64,000 bases of DNA from Lytechinus pictus (taxonomy: Eukaryota): assembly GCF_037042905.1 (NCBI RefSeq), contig NW_026974141.1:15128001-15192000 (forward strand), read 5' to 3'. Position numbers and translations under genes: made by a program. Shown here one piece after another: positions 24,418 to 35,687 of this stretch (the first letter of the stretch is position 1; the number at the start of each line of letters is the position of its first letter). The notes under the pieces are model-generated. The model had not been told where the DNA came from, did no database searches, and worked only from the letters and a program-made list of their open reading frames with translations.

Positions 24418-27400
24418 CTGCATGGGGGGAGTGGTAGGAGGAATGGAGTAAGAGAGGGAGGGGATCGGATGGGAGGAGTGAGAGGGGAGAGAGAGAGAGA
24501 GAGGGGGGAGAATGAGGGAGGGGTGGATGGGAGGAGTAAGATCGAGAGAGGGGGAGTGATAAATTGAAATTTATAACATATTTTTTAAATAATGATCAAA
24601 ATAATTTTCAAAATTGATCTGAAATGAAAGTTGACCAAAGATCTGAAATTATACTCAAGGAATTGCTGATACCTGCAGAATAATTTCTGGAAAATGTTAC
24701 TTACATCATAAACTATAATGTAATGATATATTTTAAGGGTCGAGAATATTGTCAAAATATTATGCCAGTAGACAATTGTTCATTCGCTTCAATTGGATAA
24801 ATTTGATATAATGTGGATTAATAGAGTTTAACAAGCTTGTAGTTTTCATAGTCATGTCGATTTGTATTTCAAAGATGTCATAATACTAGTATATAAGATT
24901 CTACCCCTGCCTCATAAGGAAGACAAGAACAAACCATAAATCCTTTTGAAGTCCGCTGCGTTGACGGAATGAGGAGTGTGTTCTGAACTTGGCATTGTAT
25001 CACGACCTCGATCGTCTTCACCTCTTGCTTCATTAGGCGACGTCGTTTGATCTATTCCGCCATCGATGACCTCGAAAGTTTCAGCGAGTATTTTCCCCTC
25101 AGGTTTTAGGACTGACATGATTATTTCTCCATACCTTAATTGCAATAAAGAATAGGTTAAAGTTAAAGGAAGAAAAGTCCTATACAGTTGAGATCAAAAT
25201 TGTATACATGGTAGAAAAATTCTTACTCAAATTTTAGATTCCTATGCCCGCCTATCATTCAAGGTAAGTGTATCCGGGCCTATATACCACATGATATTGC
25301 TTTTATAACTGATAAGTAGCCAATGATAGTGAAAGCATACCTTGGTCTATCTTTGTGATCAATGTCTTGTAGCGATCCTCTGTCCCAGACTGCGTCCACC
25401 GGTCCTCCGATTAGCTCTCTTGATTAAAAAGAAAGAACAATTCTAATTCTCAATACAATTAATACGATAGAGCCTTGTGAATTAAGGCATTGATTGTAAT
25501 TATTTCTTTAATTATTTCGATGAAAAGCAGCGTACAAACGAAGAACAAGGTAGAATAACAATCAAAACCAGATCACAGAGAAGGGTGGGGGATGGAAGAG
25601 AGAATTTTTTTTTTTAATAAAGGTAATAAAGTCCCATCATCAACGTAAATCGTAACCAGACACTACATGCACATTACACGACACCTACCAAACTCTTCCC
25701 ATCCTCCTTTCAAGCCCTGACCGAGGAAGACCGGTTAGACGGTCAAAAACTTACTTTGTAACGTCAAATATGTTGCACTTGAATATGTTGACCCGTTTAT
25801 CATCATTCTATATTAAGAAAACAAAATCAATCCACTGGCTTTATTATCATAAGGAAATTCAAACTATAGTGCAAATTCATAAGGATAACCATTCAATATG
25901 TGCCTATATTTTCAAACGTTTTGTAAAGTTAACAAATAAGGTAATGAATTCAATCAAGGTGATTTAAAAATGAAAACCGATTCAATTTCCACAATGCATT
26001 TATCAGAAGCTCAAAATCAACCATATCGTTACTAAACATTTTAATTTTCAAGGGGGAGAATTATTATTTATTTATGAACGAGCAATAAAAACCTATAAAC
26101 ATTTATGCAAGTGAGTATATCAAAACACCTTGATTCCGTTCACATGATATTCCATCCATACTTTGCCAATGAACTATTATGGCCACTGACTCCACTGAAT
26201 TGAGTGTTTCCGTTGATGTAATTTCTGGCAAAGTTAATTACCTGTAAGATTTAGTATCTATTTTAATTCAAAGTATATACGCTAATATGTACCATGAATA
26301 CGGCATTTAACCGAGACGACAATAAACGAACATTATGGCGTAGGAATGAAGTTTTAATTGGTGAATAACAACTGAAAAACCTTTGAGGAAGTCATAAGAT
26401 TGTGATTTTAAAATTATTTTGTAATTGATTGTTTTGTTGTTACAGTCACACCAACGAAACCGACTTCAAAGCTATCGATTTCATACCATTCGGAATGACG
26501 TATAGCTTTGTTCGATTGGGATTCGGTTTCACTGGTGTCAGTGACTATAATAGCGGACAGGTTTACCTGATACAAGCACGCATAAGGAAGCTGATGTATG
26601 GCGGATTTGGTGTACTTCATATCGTACGTATCAAAGAACTTCTCAATCGCTTTCCCAACTAATTCAACGCCTATCACATCGTCGCCGTGATCATAGAGCC
26701 TGTTGAAACGCCAACAAAATAATAAGGAGGAAGAGGAGGAGGATGGTGATAACAGTGATGATGATGATGATGATGATGATGAAGATGATGATAGTGGTGG
26801 TGGTGGTTGTGGTGTTGATGTACATGGTGAGGATGAGGAGGACGATGATGATCATCATGATCGATCATGACGATGACCATGACGACGACGATGATGATGA
26901 TGGCGGTTATGATGGTTATGGTGATGACGGTGATGGTGATGATGATGATGATGATAGTGGTGATAATGATGATGATGCTGATGATGGTGAGATTGATGAT
27001 GAAGATGATGATGATGATTGGAAACCCATCCGTTTCATTTCATTTTCTTATATTAACCAAAGTCGCTTCAGCTGCCATTTGTTCATTCATCTATTGACAT
27101 TTGATATTTTGGCAATATTTTATTCTTATAGCACTTTGTTGAAACGGAAATGAATAAATCCCAAACCACAAACAAGAAATAATCCAGTGGCAATAACAAT
27201 GGAATTATCATGATATTCTAGCGTAGCTTGATATTATGTGGTTACCGTAATGACCAAATATTTAACTAAGATCAGTCACTGAAGGAATCATATTTTCAAA
27301 CAATTTTGACAAAAATATTGCTTTCCTATAATAGTGATGATTATTAATGGAGGAGGATGGGGGCATCTACGTTGTTTACATAAAAAAGGCATCTTTATTT

Positions 27401-30215
27401 CATATTCTCCAAACCACAGCAATGTTTACAGTCATATGGTCAACATATCAAATGCGTTGTGAATGTGTGCCGACAAAAATGGGCAAATTCGTTAATTACT
27501 TGCAATATACCACAGTTTCCCAACTAGAAGGAGCACAGTGTCCCACAGTGTGTTCACAGTGTGGAACTCAATGTAAAATTCACCTTCACACTGTTAAATT
27601 GAACATTTCAACAGTGTAAAGCACATATTCACATATAGTCGACCATGTGAACACGCTGTTATAACAGTCACACTGTCCAGGTGTCCACACTGTGAAAATA
27701 TCTTCACACTGTTTAATTTGAGCACCGTTGGATATTTTCCCATAGTCAACTATGTGTGACAATGTTTTTTTTTCCAGCACGGTTATATTTGATAGTGATC
27801 ATTTACTCATATTCACCAACATAATCATAATTCGAACAATCGTTTAAGAGTAATAGTTTATGATATACACTATATTTACAAATAATTACTATTTAAAAGC
27901 ACCTTACCATTTCATTGTCGGTGATTTCTCACAGAGTGGGACAAACCATTTCTTACCAGTCTTTCCATCAGTAACTCTATTTATACATCGCTCCAACCAT
28001 CTAAATTAAGAACCATAAACCATAATCTGTATTATTCGCTCTTAATGCAATACATATCTAACCATATTGGAGTGATAATACGGAACAATCCCTTTGGAGT
28101 TAACTGTACATCCTTATCGACAGTGGCGTACCATGGGTCACGGCATTGGGGGGGGGGCACCAGCAAAAAATGTGGAGTCACTTAGTGGGCGCGCGGAGCG
28201 CGCTCAATTGCCAGGTATACTGACCTGATAGAGACATTTTAAGAACTGTGCCATTAGACGGATATGCATCTCACTGATCAAATTATGCAAGCGCGAAGCG
28301 CGAGCTGAAATTTTTATATTTTGTATATAGGGCCTATTTACCACAAACAGACACTTTCTAAGGACTATTTTTTTGTAATTCATGAAGAGCATATATCTCA
28401 CCATAGTCATTTAATGCGAGCGCCAAGCGCTTGCAGATTTTGTTACAAGTACACCAGTCCTAAACACATGAAGCACTTTTTGTAGTCTTTGTAATCATGA
28501 ACATGATACGTTTCTCATTAATCAAATGTTGCGAGCGCGAAGCGCAAGCTGAAAATTTTTGAAATTCAGACCTGAAGAGGCTCATTCTAAGGCTCGTTTG
28601 TAGGCATTCACTAAGACCATACGTAGGCCCAGTGGCGTACATAGGATTTTCCACAGGGGGGGGCAAAATCGGCCGCCAAAAAAATTGACAAGCAAAAAAA
28701 AAAAAAAAAAAAAAAAAAGGTCTTCAATCAAAAATAAAGGTTAAAAAAAGGTCTTCAATCAAAAATAAAGGTTATTGTACCCCCCGTACTAACCAAAGGA
28801 TACGAGCTCGAAGCGCGAGCTGAATTTCTTTTATATTCCTACCAGAACAGGCAACTTTTTAAGGACTGTTTTTAGGAATTTATGAAGAGCAGACATATCT
28901 CACCAATCCACTATTAATGCGAACATAAGCACGGACTGGAAATGATTTATATAGGGGGGATTCACTTATGTAGTCCTGTAACAGAAGCATTATGTCATTA
29001 CATAAAACAATGATAACTCGAAGTGCGAGGAAATATATTTAGTGTATGTTGACTTGAAAATGGGACGTTTTAGTACAACAGGATTATATATCTCATTAAA
29101 CAGACAATTCGAGTACCAGGAATGATGAGCACATAGGCCCTACCCTAAGCCCTAATTATGTTTCATAAAATTATGAAAAAAAATCTTATGTATATGATTT
29201 AGTATAACATAATATGATATAATATATAATAATTTCATCCCCCAACGTTCCTCTTGCTTTCTCCCTCTTTTTCTCCTTTGCCCCGTTTTTTCCTTTTCTT
29301 TCTTTTTTTTTGCCAGCCGATGCGGGGGGGGGGGGAGGGGGGGGCACGTGCCCCACGTTGTTACGCCACTGCTTATATAGTGCATTATATCTCCTTCCGT
29401 GGAGTGAACTGTGTATCATGTAAGACATGTTCACACCAAAAAGAGATTTTAAAAATATTCTCAATATACAAAATCTCACTCCAAAATAAATCGTTTTACT
29501 CTGAGGAAGTGTGATTGGCGACTATATATATAATCTTTTGCATTAATTTAGAGCATCTGTTGTTTAATTACTATGAAAATCTAAACACTGACGTTTATGG
29601 AGGAGCGAAGGCAGGGGCCACGGAAGAGGGGGGGGGGGGGCTGGGGGCTTCAGCCCCCCACTTTTTTCAAAAACCGTGTACAAAAACGTACAAATGACCA
29701 TATGATTGTGATTTTTTGCATGGTCAGCCCCCCCCCCCCACTTTGAAAACCGTTCCGCGGCCCCTGGAGGGGGTGCACATGGATGGAGCTTAGGTGTCAT
29801 GACCAAAAGAGGGATAAAAGGGAAAAGGACATGAAACAAAGGGGGATAAAAAGTGAAAAGGAAATGAAAATTGTGAAATATCATTTATAAGACAATGATT
29901 AACCGTGTTAACATCACAGAAAAAAAAAGAAACATTTTTTTAAACGCGGGTATATGCACTTAAAATCCCTAACAATATGGTTCAGTTTTCATCAATGTGT
30001 GGATCTCCTTTCATTAGTCCTCAACCAAAGTGTTTTTTTATTTAATCATGCTTATTGAAACAAAACAAAACCCATGAATCTCGTACTCACGGACTAGCAT
30101 GTATCTCGAATTCACAATTGTTATCACCATCATACCACTTCGCCCAGTCAGCCTCAATTTCCATCAGCTGTTCAGGTTTCTCCCCTATACGAGGTTTACC
30201 CTTGCAGAAATCCAT
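24293..30215 (-). CDS. TPMT: Thiopurine S-methyltransferase-like protein (TPMT family, class I SAM methyltransferase), spliced, 268 aa
   Basis: Exons 30091-30215, 27908-28000, 26567-26699, 25755-25807, 25341-25418, 24935-25134, 24293-24417 total 807 nt, open frame, GT-AG introns. Motifs WFVPLCEKSPTMKWLYDHGDDVIGVE, AIEKFF, IFKCNIFD, DAVWDRGSL, GERCDIEVL line up with TPMT motifs (FFPLCGKAVEMKW, VVGVE, DMIWDRGAL). May be a paralogue rather than the strict orthologue. Confidence 0.9.
24935..25134 (-). CDS. TPMT: TPMT-like coding exon 6
   Basis: aag|G TAT; encodes YGEIIMSVLKPEGKILAETFE...HTPHSVNAADFKRIY; donor G|gtttgt. Confidence 0.85.
25341..25418 (-). CDS. TPMT: TPMT-like coding exon 5
   Basis: aag|A GAG; encodes ELIGGPVDAVWDRGSLQDIDHKDRP; donor AG|gtatgc. 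Confidence 0.9.
25755..25807 (-). CDS. TPMT: TPMT-like coding exon 4
   Basis: tag|AAT; encodes NDDKRVNIFKCNIFDVT; donor AA|gtaagt. Confidence 0.9.
26567..26699 (-). CDS. TPMT: TPMT-like coding exon 3
   Basis: cag|G CTC; encodes LYDHGDDVIGVELVGKAIEKFFDTYDMKYTKSAIHQLPYACLYQ; donor CAG|gtaaac. Confidence 0.9.
26725..27020. repeat. (GAT/GGT/GGA)n degenerate trinucleotide microsatellite in TPMT-like intron
   Basis: Seen directly; on the gene strand it lies just upstream of the exon 3 acceptor. Confidence 0.95.
27908..28000 (-). CDS. TPMT: TPMT-like coding exon 2 (motif I)
   Basis: tag|A TGG; encodes WLERCINRVTDGKTGKKWFVPLCEKSPTMK; donor TG|gtaagg. Confidence 0.9.
28120..29371. mobile_element. 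CAGTGGCGTA...TACGCCACTG element (same subrepeat family as 19677-20828) with a second left end nested at 28630
   Basis: Terminal inverted repeat and repeated GCGCGAAGCGCGAGCTGAAA motifs. Confidence 0.75.
29612..29766. mobile_element. Short CAGGGGCC...GGCCCCTG MITE
   Basis: Inverted homologue of 23228-23387. Confidence 0.75.
30091..30215 (-). CDS. TPMT: TPMT-like coding exon 1
   Basis: ATG at 30215; encodes MDFCKGKPRIGEKPEQLMEIEADWAKWYDGDNNCEFEIHAS; donor CC|gtgagt. Confidence 0.8.
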
Positions 30216-31298
30216 GGATCTACGAAATCTATATAGTTAGAATGTTGAAAAAATATGACAATTTGAAAAAAGGGAGAGGGTAAAAACCACTTCTTAAACG
30301 TTTCAAGGAGCGGAAGCTCATTGTTAAAAAAAAGAAAGAAAGAAAAAGGAGGGGGTACTAACGGTAGCCAGTTTAATTTTAAACATTATTTTTTTGGTGT
30401 AAATGGGTCCACTCCAGGGATTCGGGGACGTTTTAAACGCATGTGTGTGTCATTGTGACGGAGGGGCCGGGGGGGGGGGGGTAGGCCAGGGGCGGGTACG
30501 TCTGACCCAGTGTATAAAATAAAAATCAGATGGTACTATTTTTGTACGTTTTCGGGACACGTTTATTGAAAGAAAAATCGCGGTTGCCGGGGTGACAGAC
30601 CCCGCCCCCATTGGTTCCGAGCCCTTTATTTGATTTCGCGCAGTACTCTTTAAACATGTGTTTTTAAAGAGTGGAAAACGCTGTCACTCTTTGATCTTCC
30701 CTATCCCCTTTCACCTTTTGGGTTCTAATAGTACCTCTCTTTTTGACATTCCCCATTTCTCCATCTTGGCTAATTCCTTATAGACCTATAGACCTATACC
30801 CGTATATCGTATTTCAGTTCGCAGTCGATCCCACCCCCATAGCGCCCCTATATAGCTAGCTATAGCTGGCTGCGTGGCCCTGCTGCTATGGGAAGAGGGG
30901 GTGCTGCGTATGTTATGCAGCCCCCCTTAGGTTAAAAAAGTAGAAGTAGTAGAGCAGTAGTGCTAAAAAGTAGAACTTTGACCAAATCAACCTTCTATTT
31001 GATCCGAGATCCTTCCCCCTTTAAAGTTAAATTATCACCTTTTTTCCCCTAAAGACAGCATCCCGTTCCCATGACCTTGTCCAGCCCCTGTCTACAAGAG
31101 AACTGTCATAATAAAGGTATATAAAATACGCTCAATATGGTCACAAAAAGGCATGTTTACGAGAAGATAGACTGCAGAGTATATATACAGATTGATAATT
31201 AATTTCTGTTTGATAAACCAATTATGATATCCAACTCCTTCCACATTGATTTATAAATAAATTCATGAATTAAGTAAACATAAAATAATATAACATAC

Positions 31299-31420
31299 CT
31301 CCGGTTTTAAGATAACAAAACGAGTATATATAGGTATTATAGTAGACCTGTTTTTGGTATCCATTCATACTGGCACATGCACTGATGATTTGCAGTAATA
31401 TATAAATACCTATATAGTTC
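31299..31420 (-). other. Candidate 5' UTR exon of the TPMT-like gene
   Basis: Donor GAG|gtatgt at 31298 and TATA-like sequence near 31400; its ATGs are out of frame with the CDS. Confidence 0.35.
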
Positions 31421-31769
31421 GAGAATGCTGAGATATTATGCACTGGTCATGCAGGGTAAATATAGTTGAATATGAGTTTTGTTCGTGTATACACAATACA
31501 AGTTCGCGTACACTTTGGAATTCGAAGCTTTGTCAATGAGTCACTCGATCCGGCACTACAGTTTTGTGCAGTCACATGAGAATGAAATATCCGAGTCAAA
31601 TGACAAAGTCCCATTCGGATCGACTGGACGTGGGTGGGGGGGGGGGGGGGGGGGGGGGGTATTACTCTCGGGTCACTTTTCGGTGAAATAATGGCTGAGC
31701 TGCATGGCCTTCGAAATATGAACATTTTCTGTACATACCTTTTGCCGACCTTCCGTTTCCCTTCGCATT

Positions 31770-31927
31770 GGCAACATATAGTGTCCACACAACAATTGGT
31801 TAAATTTTTATTATCCAACTCTGGGTAGTTTTTAACCAATGTGTAGTTTTCACCAAATTGGTTTAAATTAAACTACCCAGAACAGGATAGTTTTAACCAA
31901 TTGTTGTGTGGACAGTATATGTTGCCC
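31770..31927. mobile_element. Small palindromic MITE
   Basis: GGCAACATATAGTGTCCACACAACAATTGGTTAAA / TTTAACCAATTGTTGTGTGGACAGTATATGTTGCC. Confidence 0.7.
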
Positions 31928-32699
31928 AACATCTTTAAGAGTGTAATATTGTAATTGTTTGGAGAAGGAAATTGAAGCATTAAAAACAGTAATGCTGAAC
32001 AAAAATTTCAATTTGTATTCTGTATCAAAAGATAAGTATAATTTAGTAAAAGAGAACAATCAAAGTTGCAGAGAGAGAGGGAGATGGAGAGAAAAAGAGG
32101 AGGGGGAGAGAAAAGAAAGAGAGAGAGGGAAAGGGAGGGGATCATATAGCGAGACGAAAATAAACACCCTTTAATTCCCCTTCATATAAGGCCTGTTTTA
32201 GTTTGTTTCTAAGCCTTGCAAGTTACAAACAAAATTACATAAAAGTAACAAAATGTTCTCATCATCATGGTTACATCTAGGGCCTGACTTGACGTTTGGG
32301 TATTCATTTTTACATTTTCATTGATCTATCTTGTAGGATTCCGCATCAAACCAAAACATGTATCATAGATTCCCAAAATTACCAAAAGATAATTTTCAAC
32401 CTCTTTGGCGTTTTGATTTTTTTTTTCGATTGGACGTTTCGGCTATACGATACACTTTGATTATTATTGGTGTAGCGTGAAATTTATAAGTAACTTCATC
32501 TTTGTTTTTGTTTACAGGTGCTTGCACGAAAAAGGGGCTCAATTTCGCTGAAAACACCTCTTGAAGTTAAACAACATTGGGTTTCATGAACTATTTTACC
32601 ACGAAATCACATGTAATATGCTCATCATTTTTTATAAGGACAGAAAGTCAGTTATCTACCGGGTACCAGAAATGTGAGAATTTTATCAGCTCAGGCGGC

Positions 32700-32863
32700 C
32701 TCAGCCACAATCGTGATTCATGTGACGGTCCCACTCGATTAGTTTTGTGTTTTCAGCAGCGATTGAATCCGAGCCGAGGGCGAGGGAGAGGCCGAGCCCG
32801 ACAGGATCAGGATCAGAGAAAGCCTGCCAGTTTCTCCTGTGCAGTCCCACTCCAACCTTACCG
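32700..32863 (+). promoter_or_regulatory. Candidate PRDM4 promoter / non-coding first exon
   Basis: GC- and CpG-rich patch ending in a possible donor CCG|gtatat at 32864; next good acceptor is at 35324. Confidence 0.45.
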
Positions 32864-32946
32864 GTATATATGATATAGACATGTAATTGAATCAAATAAA
32901 AATAATTAGGGCCTAGCCCTAGGCCTAATGTTTATTTCCGTAGACG

Positions 32947-33630
32947 TAGCCTGGACTCTGGAGGCGTCTGGGGAGTGAAAGTAATATACTGTACGTATGG
33001 TCACTCCCCTAACGCCTGGGAGCCTAAGCTATATTCCCACACGCACGGGTACAAAACCTGAAACTTTCGCCCCCGAGATTTCTACTTTCCCTCTAAAAGA
33101 TCTAGCCCTAAAACATGTACATGGAGTTAAACTCCATTCCCAACATTTCTGCGATATTGATTACATTTTTAAAGAAGAATTCATGAAAAAAAACGAGAAA
33201 AATGTTATGAAAAGATGAGAGAGCTTATGGCCGTGTTTACGTCGCCATCTTGATTTATTTGTCTTCCGCTTGGCGACAGCACGCAATCGCGTGCTGATTG
33301 CGTGCTGTCGCCAAGCGGAAGACAAAGAAATCAAGATGGCGACGTAAACACGGCCGTAAGCTCTCTCATCTTTTCATAACATTTTTCTCGTTTTTTTTCA
33401 TGAATTCTTCTTTAAAAATGTAATCAATATCGCAGAAATGTTGGGAATAGAGTTTAACTCCATGTACATGTTTTAGGGCTAGATCTTTTAGAGGGAAAGT
33501 AGAAATCTCGGGGGCGAAAGTTTCAGGTTTTGTACCCGTGCGTGTGGGAATATAGCTTAGGCTCCCAGGCGTTAGGGGAGTGACCATACGTACAGTATAT
33601 TACTTTCACTCCCCAGACGCCTCCAGGCTA
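32947..33630. mobile_element. 684-bp near-perfect palindromic (foldback) element, TAG...CTA termini, 8-bp target duplication CGTAGACG
   Basis: Arms 32947-33288 and 33296-33630 with a 7-nt spacer; duplication at 32939-32946 and 33631-33638. Confidence 0.92.
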
Positions 33631-34371
33631 CGTAGACGTAGGCCCTAGTACAAATGTTGAATATTAATTAGGCCTAGTAATGTCATAAAAAAAATAGAAT
33701 TGAAAAAAGTATGGTAAACGCACTCATTCAATGAACAAGGTTATAATATAACCTTGTTCTCAGTTATGATATATCTCCATGTGTGGCAAAATAAGGATGG
33801 CAATGTTTGGCTTATTTTCTCTTTTTCTTTGCCTTTGGGACAAATGCTTGATTTTTTACACTGACAGTTTCCATTAGGCCTACATCTATTTGTCATACAA
33901 CTTGGCCCTTAAGTAAATTTGATTCTTTAAATTATTTTTTTCTTAATTAAAAATAGAGATAAAAAAAGAAAATTTTCTTGCCATATTATTTTCCACCAAT
34001 AGAGGGCGTACACAAATATATGCCCAAAATTCAAGTTTTTGAGCGCTCTATGAATACAAAAATTATTCCCAAGTTACTAATTAAAAATAAATTGCAACTG
34101 TATGGAAATAAGTAATTTTGGTCACAAAAGTGATATTTTAATCATTTTTTAAAGTGTGTGCTCTGTGCAGCATTGGCATGCCATAGTCCAACCTGTAGAT
34201 TCCCCACAGGCAGAGTGGTTGCAGTGAACAAGTGGGTAAACGGATATTATTTACTTACTACTAGACTCTAGAGTAGAGGCTTATTTTTTGCCAAAAATCG
34301 GAAGCAGTTTCCAAATGTCTGACGCATATAGTTGTGCGCGGCGATCAATTTCTGCGATTTAAATCGTGCGC

Positions 34372-35037
34372 TAGACAAGCCAGGAGGCTCCTAGAGAGTG
34401 AAAATCATTTAATAACGTATGCTTACTCTCCACGGAGCCAGGAATTCCTTCCAATTCATCTGCATGTACCGCCAAAAAACCTGAAACTTTCGCCTTGAGA
34501 TTTCTACTTCCCTTCTAAAACTTAAGAAGGGAAGTAAAAATCTTGGGGCGACAGTTTCAGGTTTTTTGGCGGTTTAGAAGGGAAGTAGAAATCTTGGGGC
34601 GAAAGTTTCAGGTCTTTTGGCGGTACATGCAGATGAATTGGAAGGAATTCCTGGCTCCGTGGAGAGTAAAAGATCAAGCCCTAAATCATGTTACGCAACG
34701 CATGCATCAGTAACGTTGGGGAAGAAAAATAGGAAACAAGATGGCGGCGTAAACATCGGGCAAGTCTCCGTCTTTTCATAATATTTTTCTCATTTTTTAA
34801 ATGAATTCTTGTTTAAAAATGAAATTGAGAGCGTAGAAATGTCAGAAATGAAGTTGTATCTCATTTACATGATTTAGGGCTTGATCTTTTAGAAGGAAAG
34901 TAGAAATCTCGGGGGTGAAAGTTTCAGGTTGTTTTGGCGATATGTGCAGATGAATGGGAAGGACTTCTTGGCTCTGTGGAGAGTAAGCATACGTTAGTAA
35001 ATTATTTTTACTCTCTAGGAGCCTCCTGGCTACTCTA
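34372..35037. mobile_element. Rearranged relative of the foldback element
   Basis: TIR AGCCAGGAGGCTCCTAGAGAGT / ACTCTCTAGGAGCCTCCTGGCT; shares CCTGAAACTTTCGCC..GAGATTTCTACTT and CAAGATGGCG blocks. Confidence 0.8.
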
Positions 35038-35342
35038 GTCCCCAAAATAGTTGTTTAATTTATTTTAGCTGCGCAAGTGCTGATTTTAATCATTTCCATT
35101 GATAATTTTGATATAGAAATCGGTGTCAAAACTGTTAATGAAGTGAAGTAAATCAAGCAAGACAGACGAAAATGGGGGGAGGGGGGGGGGGGTCGGAAGT
35201 ACAAAAAGGTTGATCATTTTATGGAATTGCCCCAGAGTGTAATCCAGTCATTCAGGCTGTATATTATTTCCTATTTTAGTTACCAGTGATTCTAAAATTG
35301 TGTCTCTTTTTTTTTTAATTAAAGAAAAGGGCATGGATTACA

Positions 35343-35687
35343 ATGAACGACACACTAGCAACCATCAACGTTGATCAGCTTAGCAATGCTGTCAATTCAG
35401 TTGTCCAGTCTACCGCATTAGGCCAAGTTCCTTTAGACCCCTCCCCACCACCTGCCGATCATCCTGATGCATCCCCTCCCTTCTGTGAGGGGGGTAAGTT
35501 ACCCTCCCCTGGTGGTGGTACAACACAGGTGGTGCAGCCATGCGCCTCTTATTGTGGGAGAACTTTCGGAGGGAGGCTGGCTGAAGGACATAATAGCATC
35601 CCAGCGACTACCATATCTTCTCACAAGGCAAACATTCCAGTACCGATCCATCAGCAGTCTACCAATCAACCGGTTTTTCATACCCAG
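35343..35687 (+). CDS. PRDM4: PRDM4 coding exon 1
   Basis: Acceptor at 35324, ATG at 35343, donor CAG|gtgaac. Confidence 0.75.

Noticed and set aside
26674-27153. Poly-Met, poly-Asp and poly-His ORFs
   Set aside because: Translations of a (GAT)n microsatellite inside a TPMT-like intron.
32997-33587. Two almost identical 73-aa ORFs on opposite strands
   Set aside because: Mirror images produced by the palindromic element; no recognisable domain.
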